64,000 nucleotides of DNA, from the NCBI GenBank assembly GCA_018065085.1, contig JAGHUA010000016.1, positions 34,952-98,951 of the forward strand, given 5' to 3'. Below, piece after piece: positions 18,929 to 26,889 of this stretch (positions are counted from its first letter, which is position 1; each line of letters opens with the position of its first letter). Position numbers and translations under genes: made by a program. The DNA is from Candidatus Liminaster caballi. Its GTDB lineage: Bacteria > Bacteroidota > Bacteroidia > Bacteroidales > UBA3663. The notes below the pieces were generated by a model. That model made no database searches, was not told the origin of the DNA, and was given only the letters and a program-made list of their open reading frames with translations.

Positions 18929-19597
18929 AAAAATCGGTTCCGGGCATTTCCTAAGACTTGGGAAGTCGCCAGAACATTGTTCCCGGCATTTGCTAAGAGT
19001 TGGGAAGTCGTCAGAACATTGTTCCGAGCATTTCCAGAAACCTGGAAGTCGTCAGAACATTGTTCCGGGCATTTCCAGAAACCTAGAAGTCGTCAGAACA
19101 ATGTTCCCAGCATTTCCTAAGAGTTGTGAAGTCGCCAGAACATTGTTCCCAGCATTTCTAGAAACCTGGAAGTCGCCAGAACATTGTTCCCAGCATTTCC
19201 TAAGAGTTGGGAAGTCGTCAGAACATTGTTCCGAGCATTTCCAGAAACCTGGAAGTCGTCAGAACATTGTTCCGAGCATTTGCTAAGAGTTGGGAAGTCG
19301 CCAGAACATTGTTCCCAGCATTTCCAGAAACCTGGAAGTCGCCAGAACATTGTTCCGAGCATTTCCAGAAACCTGAAAGTCGTCAGAACATTGTTCCCAG
19401 CATTTCCAGAAACCTGGAAATCCAAATGAAACTTTCTCCAGCGCTTCCTAAGAGTTGGGAAGTCCAAATGAAACTTTCTCCAGCATTTCCTAAGAGTCGG
19501 GAAGTCCAAATGAAACTTTCTCTCGCACTTTCGAAGAGTTGGGAAGTCCAAATGAAACTTTTGCCGGCATTTCCTAAGAGTCGGGAAGTCCAAACGA
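18929..19597. repeat. array 1: about 16 contiguous mosaic 41/42-bp units (11 type A, then 5 type B)
   Basis: Unit modules are gcatttcc | taagagtYg or agaaacct | ggaagtc | gYcagaacattgttccSa (type A) or caaatgaaactttctcca (type B). There are no unique spacers. ORFs on both strands in several frames arise only because stop codons are rare. Confidence 0.95.
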
Positions 19598-19745
19598 ATG
19601 CAAACTGAATGGATGCATTGGTGGTAAATGCATAGATGTCTTTTGCTTCAATTGCATTTTCCGCCTGTTCTGTTGGCGCATCAGATGTCTGAGCATACAC
19701 ACTGCTGAATAGCAGTAGTGATGCAGCAATTAAGATTTTTCTCAT
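19383..19745 (-). CDS. doubtful small exported protein whose C-terminal two thirds are read out of array 1
   Basis: It has a good signal peptide (MRKILIAASLLLFSSVYAQ) and a unique 30-aa segment. It then runs into 14-aa repeats (SFIWTSRLLGNAGE) encoded by type B units. It may be a gene truncated by the array. Confidence 0.25.
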   Translation of the reverse strand: MRKILIAASLLLFSSVYAQTSDAPTEQAENAIEAKDIYAFTTNASIQFAFVWTSRLLGNAGKSFIWTSQLFESARESFIWTSRLLGNAGESFIWTSQLLGSAGESFIWISRFLEMLGTMF

Positions 19746-20594
19746 ATAATACATATGAAACTCCTATAGCCATCCCTGATTCGGATATTAAACAAAAAAG
19801 ACGTAGGCGGCTGATCCTTGCTCGTCCTGCGTCTAGAGGCCTTCCACAGCCCGTACAGTCAGAAACGAGCAGTATGCAGAAGCCCACGTCAGACTATTGA
19901 TGAAAGACTTAATAGCTTAATAATCAGCATTTATCGAAAGACAATTTTGCGAATTGATACCATATTGTTCCCAAACAAAAATAAAGAGTTGTTGCATGGG
20001 AAAATAGAGGGAGACAAGAATTAAAATGAGGGTAAAACAAGAAAAATCCAATTAGGATTCGTTAACCATATATTTACATTTATTAACTAGCAATTTCGAT
20101 ATAATTTATATGGTCAAACATCCCCTAAGGTCAAATAAAAAGGATATGTAGTCCGCGCTATTGAATGCTTGCGAGAACTATAAAATAGCTATAAAATGCC
20201 GAATAAAAGCATGATTTGCACCTATCCTGTACCTTGTCCTTCTAACTGGCTGAAACTAAAGCTACATCACCGTTCATGTGGAATTGTAATGTTGCTTGAA
20301 ACACAGCGACTTATTCAAATCGGGTACAACGAAGATACAATTTTCAATAAGTAGTTATAAGCAGGGGAATCTACCCCGAAATAACTGTAGATGATAGGGA
20401 AATAAACAAAAGTGAAAAATTTTCATCTGGTACGAAATGGCAGATATAAGTGGCAAAATATTATAATTAACAAACTAATTGCGTGTAGAAATTATTGCTG
20501 TTAGAAGTAAGCTAAACCGGTTATTATTTTGAAAAAAATTATTAATTTTATATTTTTTTATTTCCTCCAATTTGCCTATACCATTATTATCTAT

Positions 20595-20602
20595 TATCTT
20601 TG
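20595..20602 (+). promoter_or_regulatory. -7 box TATCTTTG
   Basis: The sequence is ttatctttgccgac, 75 nt upstream of the ATG at 20677. Confidence 0.4.
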
Positions 20603-20676
20603 CCGACAAATTATGGTAACCATAATAATTATCTGGGATGAAATTTAACATTAAAACATAAAATGAGATATAACCA

Positions 20677-21501
20677 ATGATTCAGCAGGTATTAACCCTT
20701 AAAGACGCTCTCCGCAAGGAGTTAAATAGCACAATCGATCTCGTCAACGATACAAGAAGCAAGTGGGAATCATCAGAGGATTCTATACCAGAATCACTTT
20801 GGATTTCTCAATGCATTGTACAAATGATTTGGCTAAAAATTAACACTATCCTTATGTTGGCTGAAGGAACTATTGTGACAACAAATAATTCTAATTATCG
20901 AATCTTTGACTGTTCTTCTATTTTGCCAATAGTAAGAAGTGCTTATGAACTCTGCTTTGTTTACCACAATATTTTTATTACAGCTGAAACAAACATCGAA
21001 CAGGAAATTTTGCTTAATATTTGGAAGATACGAGGCTATAATAGCCGTCAAAATATGCTAACGCTTCCGGAGAGATACACTACAAGATGTGAATCTGATT
21101 TACAACGTATTTCTGATTTGAAAGCTAAGATATTAAGCCTCGTCTCAAAATTAGAAATTAGTGATGATGCAAAAAAAGATATTAAGTGTATCATTAACTA
21201 TAAAGGAGACAAAATTAAAGGATTTAAATTTATAAAAGAAAATGGCAAAATAACAAAAATTGAAGATATACATGTAAACCAAGGTGTTAAGGAAATGCCA
21301 CAATTCAAAGCAACTGAAGCCTTGTTTAATTGGACATCAATGCACACTCATGCATCTTATTTAAGTTTACGACAATTTGGACAATCTTATAAACCTGACG
21401 AGGCTTACTACAAGCAGCTTAAGTCTATATTGACAAGTGCTTATTTAATCATAACTACTGTACTAAATGACTTTAAGTCTCAAATTATTAAAACAGAATA
21501 G
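20677..21501 (+). CDS. hypothetical cytoplasmic, mostly helical protein (island gene 1)
   Basis: The 274-aa ORF lies in the AT-rich island and has no signal peptide. No motif was recognised. Confidence 0.6.
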   Translation: MIQQVLTLKDALRKELNSTIDLVNDTRSKWESSEDSIPESLWISQCIVQMIWLKINTILMLAEGTIVTTNNSNYRIFDCSSILPIVRSAYELCFVYHNIFITAETNIEQEILLNIWKIRGYNSRQNMLTLPERYTTRCESDLQRISDLKAKILSLVSKLEISDDAKKDIKCIINYKGDKIKGFKFIKENGKITKIEDIHVNQGVKEMPQFKATEALFNWTSMHTHASYLSLRQFGQSYKPDEAYYKQLKSILTSAYLIITTVLNDFKSQIIKTE

Positions 21502-21784
21502 AAACATAATTGATTATGGCGTTCTGTGGTAAATAAGTATGATTTGTACCTTTATTTGTTCCACAACCTCATAACGTGCTGAAACAAAGGATGGAGCAAC
21601 GTTCTCAACAGATTGTGTATTGTTTTTGACCAGTTACAAGAGGATATTTAGTAAGTATGGATGACAAATTAAGTATTTTGTTTCATTAAACTAAACTTTT
21701 ATTTATAAAAAATCAAAAGAAAATTATGACCTTCCAAAGTTATTTTTAACTTTGTATCGATTATTTTGATTTTATATTGATAAT

Positions 21785-22333
21785 ATGAAGAAAAAAATAG
21801 CAACAATACTGATTACTTTTTGTTCTGTGCTTTTGGGCATTGCAACAAAAGCACAGGATTTGTCGAATTATAATTATGATCTTTCCATTAGCTATGGATA
21901 CAAGACACATGAATCCGTTAGTATAGATGGAAAGGTGTCATGGCCAGGTGCTATTAATGTTCAGTACATGTATCCAATTACAGAGAAGTGGTCAATGGGA
22001 GCTTCGGCAGTATATGGAATGTCAACATACACTGTTGACTTTGGTTATGGATATAGTGATGAATTCCATGACTATTATTATTCATTTATGCCAGCATTTA
22101 GATACTACCACCTTAATAAGGAAAATATCGCTTTGTACTCCAAAGCTGCACTTGGCTTCAGTAATCAAATCAAAAATTCATCTAGCTATGACGATAAAAA
22201 CAATGGAATGTCTTTTGCATTTCAGGTTTCAGTGATAGGTATAGAATTTGGTATTCCTCTGGTTCGAGGTTTTATTGAAGGTGGTTACGGAAGTCAGGGA
22301 ATAGTCCAAGCGGGTCTTAAAGTTTGCTTATAA
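21785..22333 (+). CDS. exported protein, possibly a small outer-membrane beta-barrel (island gene 2)
   Basis: The signal peptide is MKKKIATILITFCSVLLGIATKAQ. An alternating aromatic/Gly-rich pattern (YGYGYSDEF, GFIEGGYGSQG) suggests beta strands. Confidence 0.5.
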   Translation: MKKKIATILITFCSVLLGIATKAQDLSNYNYDLSISYGYKTHESVSIDGKVSWPGAINVQYMYPITEKWSMGASAVYGMSTYTVDFGYGYSDEFHDYYYSFMPAFRYYHLNKENIALYSKAALGFSNQIKNSSSYDDKNNGMSFAFQVSVIGIEFGIPLVRGFIEGGYGSQGIVQAGLKVCL

Positions 22334-22350
22334 TTAAAATAATAACTAGA

Positions 22351-22872
22351 ATGAGAAAAACTTTTGTTTTTTTAGTATTACTGTTAGCTTGTGTCGTGGC
22401 TAATGCACAAGATGCGTTTACCCAGAAAACTGTTGTTAAGAGTTCTGTTGCCACAGCAGAATTATTTAATCGTGTCAAAAGCGCACTCATGCCCTCTATG
22501 ACAGTATCGAAGGAAAGAACATACTCTGAAGATTCCCTCGTATTTTCGGGTAAAGGCATTGTTGAGTTTAAAACCAATACTGTATATTCCAGCATTGTTG
22601 GCAGCATCGAATATGAGATTAGTGCAGTTGTAACACCTAACCAGGTCGAATTAATCATGACAAATTGTACACACAAACCTGCCAACAAAGCCGCATTTGA
22701 CAATAATATGGGGGTTTTGGTAGATCCACTACCCAAAGACCTATCTATTATAGGTGTCACCGGAGCTAACCGAAAAGCATGTTATAAATACTTCTATAAA
22801 AATGGTATTCCGTTGTGTGAAAAGACATTCCAGGAGCTATGCGACAAGCTTAATTATGGTATAGCTGACTAA
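22351..22872 (+). CDS. exported hypothetical protein, possibly DUF4468-like (island gene 3)
   Basis: The start was moved to the ATG at 22351, ahead of the signal peptide MRKTFVFLVLLLACVVANAQ. The family guess is from memory only. Confidence 0.5.
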   Translation: MRKTFVFLVLLLACVVANAQDAFTQKTVVKSSVATAELFNRVKSALMPSMTVSKERTYSEDSLVFSGKGIVEFKTNTVYSSIVGSIEYEISAVVTPNQVELIMTNCTHKPANKAAFDNNMGVLVDPLPKDLSIIGVTGANRKACYKYFYKNGIPLCEKTFQELCDKLNYGIAD

Positions 22873-22912
22873 TTCCTATTGTCTTCTGTATAACGTCTGA
22901 TACTTTAGAATG

Positions 22913-22940
22913 AAAAAGCCATCAAAAGATGGCTTTTCAT
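22913..22940 (+). terminator. intrinsic terminator
   Basis: agccatc-aaaa-gatggct forms the hairpin and is followed by tttt. Confidence 0.6.
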
Positions 22941-22989
22941 TTCTGTGTGTATGAATCTACTATTTGTAATTTGCAAATAATTTTTCAAT

Positions 22990-23751
22990 ATGAATTCTTA
23001 TCGTTACCTCTATTTTTCTGCTTTCTCATTTCTGGTATTGTTACTCATTTCTAGTTGTTCTAACAATAGTGCTCCTGTTGTTAAAGACAATAGTAACCTT
23101 CATGATCAAGACTGGACTAATAAAATGCAAGACAGTACGTTTTGTATGAATAGCTTAGAATCGAGATTAAAAAAAACAGAATTGCGTTTTTATTTCAAGA
23201 GTGAAAATGATTTAAAGATTAATATAGAATCTATACAGTTTCAAGATTCTCTTTCAGTCATAAACGGAAATTGTAACATTAATATTGCAAAGAAAGAAGA
23301 CAGATATGTGAATTTCGAATTTGTATATACGTTAAGAGACACATCTGCTTATACATTTGATTTAGACGTATATGACCTGACCAAAGACTGCTTTGGCAAG
23401 GATGCAAAATTTTTAATCAGCCGAACAAATAGAGGTAATTTTGAAAAAGTCTATCATCAAGTTGGTGAGAGAGTCAAAATAGAAGATAATTTGTATGTTG
23501 ACATTATTGAAGGTAACGAATTGTCCCAAGTATACTGCACTAAAAGAAAGTTGACACAGGAATACGTTATGCTTGTAGCAGAGGCATTCAGTATGCCTCC
23601 AGTCGTTTTTAAGGCATTTTGTACATACGACAACAAATCGGACTATTATGCGACTGTAGAGCACTACAAAAATAGTGACAATATCGTCTATACTAACATG
23701 AGAACAAACAGGTCAACTACTTATGATAAACATCTTAATGTGATATATTAA
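22990..23751 (+). CDS. hypothetical lipoprotein (island gene 4)
   Basis: The signal peptide carries a lipobox (LLLISSC). The length is 253 aa and no family was recognised. Confidence 0.55.
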   Translation: MNSYRYLYFSAFSFLVLLLISSCSNNSAPVVKDNSNLHDQDWTNKMQDSTFCMNSLESRLKKTELRFYFKSENDLKINIESIQFQDSLSVINGNCNINIAKKEDRYVNFEFVYTLRDTSAYTFDLDVYDLTKDCFGKDAKFLISRTNRGNFEKVYHQVGERVKIEDNLYVDIIEGNELSQVYCTKRKLTQEYVMLVAEAFSMPPVVFKAFCTYDNKSDYYATVEHYKNSDNIVYTNMRTNRSTTYDKHLNVIY

Positions 23752-23857
23752 AAATCGTTAGTCCTGTTTATATTTGATGAGTTTATCTCTTACTAAAGAG
23801 ATTGTGGTATTCAGATGATAATAATTAAAAACCATAAACTAATCTAAACAAACGAAG

Positions 23858-24274
23858 ATGATAATTAAAAAATATAATGAATTGCTTCAAAACGAAACCT
23901 CTGAGAAAGAAGCATATTGCTACTGTTTGAGAGATCTTATAATTATTGATCAAGAAAGAATAAAATGTAATGGGTTGTCAATTGATAGTGTGAGTTTATG
24001 GTTTAATGAAGACAAGCAACTTGTCTTTAATCTTTCTGTAACCTTTTTCCCATTAGATATAGAGAAATCAGATCTATCATATAGACGCGTTGGGTCGATT
24101 CATATAGCTTTTTATGACAACAGTAACATTATCATACAAGAAGAAGAGATTCATTATAATACAATAGATTTACCTTGTAATGGTACAACTTCTACAGATT
24201 ATGAATCACATCCATTTAAATTTGATCAGCCTCTCGACAATATAGAAAAGATAATGATTACTACGAATTTATGA
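23858..24274 (+). CDS. hypothetical small cytoplasmic protein (island gene 5)
   Basis: The 138-aa ORF is AT-rich and no motif was recognised. Confidence 0.45.
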   Translation: MIIKKYNELLQNETSEKEAYCYCLRDLIIIDQERIKCNGLSIDSVSLWFNEDKQLVFNLSVTFFPLDIEKSDLSYRRVGSIHIAFYDNSNIIIQEEEIHYNTIDLPCNGTTSTDYESHPFKFDQPLDNIEKIMITTNL

Positions 24275-24383
24275 CTTGGTATACATAAAGATCAAATATA
24301 ACGAATATTCGTCTTTTAACACGTGACTAGAGCCATTTTATAGTCATCGGAAATCACAGGAACTTGTATCACACTAGCGACTT

Positions 24384-25778
24384 ATGAAAAAAAAGCAAAC
24401 GCATCCTGCTAACTATTGGAACGATATAGAACGTTGTAGAGCCGTAGCAGAACGCTTTTCACGATTCTCTGATTTTGAACGATCAGAGCCTTCTGCATAT
24501 AGTGCTGCTCAAAGAAATGGATGGTTTGATGAAATTACTGCTCATATGTCTGGACGAAGAAAATATCCTCCACATTATTTTGACACATTTGAACATTGTT
24601 TCGAGGTAGCCCAAAAATACACAACATTAGAAGAACTTCGAATCAATGATAAAGGTTGTCATCAAGCATTATATTATAAACACCCAGAGTGGAGAGAAAA
24701 GTGTTTTGCTCATTTTGATATAAGAACAGAATTATCAGACATAGAATTACGTGATATCGTAGAAAAATACACCAACTATACAGAATTCAAGAAGAAAGAA
24801 CCAAGAGCATTTAGTGCAATAAAATATAGAGGATTGATTGACGATCTCTGCGGTCATATGAACAGAAAAGTAAATGTTCCTTATGACGCTTCGTTTACTT
24901 TTGAGGAATGTGCGAAAAGAGCAAAAAAATACAATCGCAGAACAGAATTCGATCATGGAGAAGATAAGCGTTATGCACAATGTGCGAGGAAAAGAGGTTG
25001 GTTTAAGGAAATAACCTCTCATATGGTACGAACTGGAAACCGAAAGAAAAGGTGTATTTATGTGGCTACCTTTAGTGATAATTATGCTTATGTAGGTCTT
25101 ACATATTTCGCAAAAAAAAGATGGAATGCTCACTTAAAAGATGAAGAATCTATAATTTATTCGCATGTAGAAGCAACCGGATTAACTCCAGAGTTTATCC
25201 AATTAACTGAATATATACCGCAAGAAGAAGCCTCTAAATTAGAAGGGACATATCTTTCACTATACGAAGATATGGGATATACTATGCTTAATCGTGCTCC
25301 GACTGGAGCACTGGGTTCTTCGGAAGGATATTCTAAAGAAGATGTAATAAATAAAGCCAAAGAAGCTGGTTCTCTTAAAAACTTCCGAGAAAAATACTCA
25401 GGGTACTATCAGCATGGCTATCGTAGTGATTATTGGGATGAAATCCTTGAAATACTGCCTAGAGAAGATGTTCCTAGAAGATTGTCTATCGAGGTTCTGA
25501 AAGAAATCGCTTCTCAATGTCACACAATGCAAGAATTCCGGAAAAAAGACCCTGCTGCTTTAGATAAGGCAAAAAAAATAGGAATACTTGATGAAATATG
25601 TTCTCATTTTGATAGATCAAATGAAAAGCATTTTAAAAGAATGCCTAGAAGCGAAAAAATCAAAATATTAGATTCTGGAATACCATATTCTGAACTATCG
25701 ACGAAGTACCCTGCTATATATTGTTGGTTACGTCGGAATAAAGACTATCTTAATAAATACTATCCAGAACATACTTAG
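24384..25778 (+). CDS. GIY-YIG-like nuclease domain protein flanked by six about 45-aa helical repeats (island gene 6)
   Basis: The central segment is RCIYVATFSDNYAYVGLTYFAKKRWNAHL...EGTYLSLYEDMGYTMLN (GIY..YVG..R..H..E..N spacing). Four N-terminal and two C-terminal repeats follow the pattern ..ECxxxAxKYxxxxEFxxxxxxAYxxAxRxGWxDEIxxHM. Confidence 0.6.
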   Translation: MKKKQTHPANYWNDIERCRAVAERFSRFSDFERSEPSAYSAAQRNGWFDEITAHMSGRRKYPPHYFDTFEHCFEVAQKYTTLEELRINDKGCHQALYYKHPEWREKCFAHFDIRTELSDIELRDIVEKYTNYTEFKKKEPRAFSAIKYRGLIDDLCGHMNRKVNVPYDASFTFEECAKRAKKYNRRTEFDHGEDKRYAQCARKRGWFKEITSHMVRTGNRKKRCIYVATFSDNYAYVGLTYFAKKRWNAHLKDEESIIYSHVEATGLTPEFIQLTEYIPQEEASKLEGTYLSLYEDMGYTMLNRAPTGALGSSEGYSKEDVINKAKEAGSLKNFREKYSGYYQHGYRSDYWDEILEILPREDVPRRLSIEVLKEIASQCHTMQEFRKKDPAALDKAKKIGILDEICSHFDRSNEKHFKRMPRSEKIKILDSGIPYSELSTKYPAIYCWLRRNKDYLNKYYPEHT

Positions 25779-25792
25779 AAAATGAATGTAGC

Positions 25793-26095
25793 ATGAGCAT
25801 CTTTGACAAAATATCCTCACTGATCACAGGATCAAAACCAGAGAAGAGGGAGCCTGAAAAGGTTTCCTCTTCCACTGATGAAACCCCTATTGTGGTGGTC
25901 GAGAATCCTACTCAGATCAAAGGGCCTAAACCAAAGATGGTTATCGTTGTGACTCCTGTCATCAACAAGCCGACAAAGCTGCACGGAGCTGCTCCTAAGA
26001 GTCGGGAAGTCCAAATGAAACTTTCTCCAGCACTTCCTAACTCTTGGGAAGTCCAAATGAAAGTTTCGTCAGCATTTCCAGGTTTTTGTAAATAA
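25793..26095 (+). CDS. doubtful ORF reading from unique sequence into array 2
   Basis: The 100-aa ORF has its last about 35 aa (PKSREVQMKLSPALP..) encoded by type B repeat units. The frame and strand differ from those of the 19383 ORF. Confidence 0.2.
   Translation: MSIFDKISSLITGSKPEKREPEKVSSSTDETPIVVVENPTQIKGPKPKMVIVVTPVINKPTKLHGAAPKSREVQMKLSPALPNSWEVQMKVSSAFPGFCK
25991..26081. repeat. array 2: about 2 type B units, same orientation as array 1
   Basis: The sequence is gctcctaagagtcgggaagtccaaatgaaactttctccagcacttcctaactcttgggaagtccaaatgaaagtttcgtcagcatttccagg. Confidence 0.85.
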
Positions 26096-26196
26096 AAAAT
26101 GCATGTCGAAAGGCTCAAATTGACGGTAAATATGTTAAATTTGCAGATAATTCTTTGATTTACTAATAAAAATAGCTGTACTTTGAAGAAAAACTA

Positions 26197-26204
26197 TATC
26201 TTTG
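26197..26204 (+). promoter_or_regulatory. -7 box TATCTTTG
   Basis: The sequence is ctatatctttgcagcg, about 210 nt upstream of the antitoxin-like ORF. Confidence 0.4.
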
Positions 26205-26410
26205 CAGCGAGAAGATTAGACAAAAACTCGCAAAATTGTTCGACGTGTACATTTGAACACGGATTGAACGGATCGAACTGATTAGAACAGATTTATAACG
26301 TCGCAGACATCCGTTAAATCCGTTAAATCTGCGTTCTTTGGGCCAGAGTGGATATCTAATCGTACAGGTCGAAATTGTTTAGTAACACCTTAAAAAATAG
26401 AATAGCAACT

Positions 26411-26668
26411 ATGTGCACATTGAATATGACATTCGAAATACCAGAGTCACGCGCCATAGATATTGAGGCTCTGAAGCAGAATATACAGGCCTACGTAAAT
26501 CTTGTTGTGGCCTACCCGACAATACTGAAAAAAGGGCAAACTGGGGCACAAGATCTAACAGTAGAGACAGTAGCAATGATTGAGCAATCTCGAAGAGAGT
26601 ACAAAGAGGGAAAAGTATTCTCATTTAACTCTTCGGCAGATGCCCAAAAGTGGCTTGAATCATTATGA
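26411..26668 (+). CDS. putative type II antitoxin (small, partner of the RelE-like remnant)
   Basis: The small ORF has its stop overlapping the next ATG (ATGATG at 26665). The C-terminal part MIEQSRREYKEGKVFSFNSSADAQKWLESL resembles antitoxin tails. The start is uncertain (26411 or 26426). Confidence 0.4.
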   Translation: MCTLNMTFEIPESRAIDIEALKQNIQAYVNLVVAYPTILKKGQTGAQDLTVETVAMIEQSRREYKEGKVFSFNSSADAQKWLESL

Positions 26669-26874
26669 TGTACAAAGTCGAATTTGCTGAGGGTTTAGAA
26701 AAGGTTTTGAAAAATTATATGAAGAAAGACCCACCCGAAGGTGAGCTTCTGCGAGTTTTCACGGTGCAAAATTATCATATTTTTACATTTCTTCCAAATT
26801 TTTTGTCTTTTTTTTGCTTTTTGTCAATAAAAAACGGCTGCATTTGCACAATGCAGCCGTTTTATATGCAATAA
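26665..26874 (+). pseudogene. truncated RelE/ParE-family toxin remnant
   Basis: The first about 23 aa (MYKVEFAEGLEKVLKNYMKKDP) look like a RelE/YoeB-type N-terminus. The rest is low-complexity read-through into the terminator. Confidence 0.35.
26835..26866. terminator. bidirectional intrinsic terminator
   Basis: cggctgca (26835-26842) pairs with tgcagccg (26852-26859). It is flanked by aaaaaa upstream and ttttat downstream. Confidence 0.6.
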
Positions 26875-26889
26875 TATGTATCTGTTTTA

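Noticed and set aside
18929-19597. I considered whether the regular about 42-bp repeat array is a CRISPR array.
   Set aside because: The units are directly contiguous with no unique spacers, no cas genes are in the window, and the repeat length/spacer logic does not fit. It is a tandem (satellite-like) array.
18870-19754. I considered whether the many overlapping ORFs across array 1 (18870-19286+, 18920-19120+, 19184-19429+, 19207-19608+, 19117-19593-), and the equivalent ORFs over array 3, are repeat-protein genes.
   Set aside because: They occupy several frames on both strands at once. The 41/42-bp alternation shifts the frame in the type A part. Different loci would be read in different frames and strands. 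Only the ORF with a signal peptide (19383-19745) is kept, at low confidence.
18662-26372. I considered whether the 13-nt motif tcgacctgtacga at 18662-18674 and its reverse complement at 26360-26372 (partial third copy near 55647) are att-like island boundaries.
   Set aside because: A 13-mer match on either strand within 64 kb is expected by chance, on the order of tens of such pairs. There is no extended flanking similarity, and its position relative to neighbouring promoters is inconsistent.
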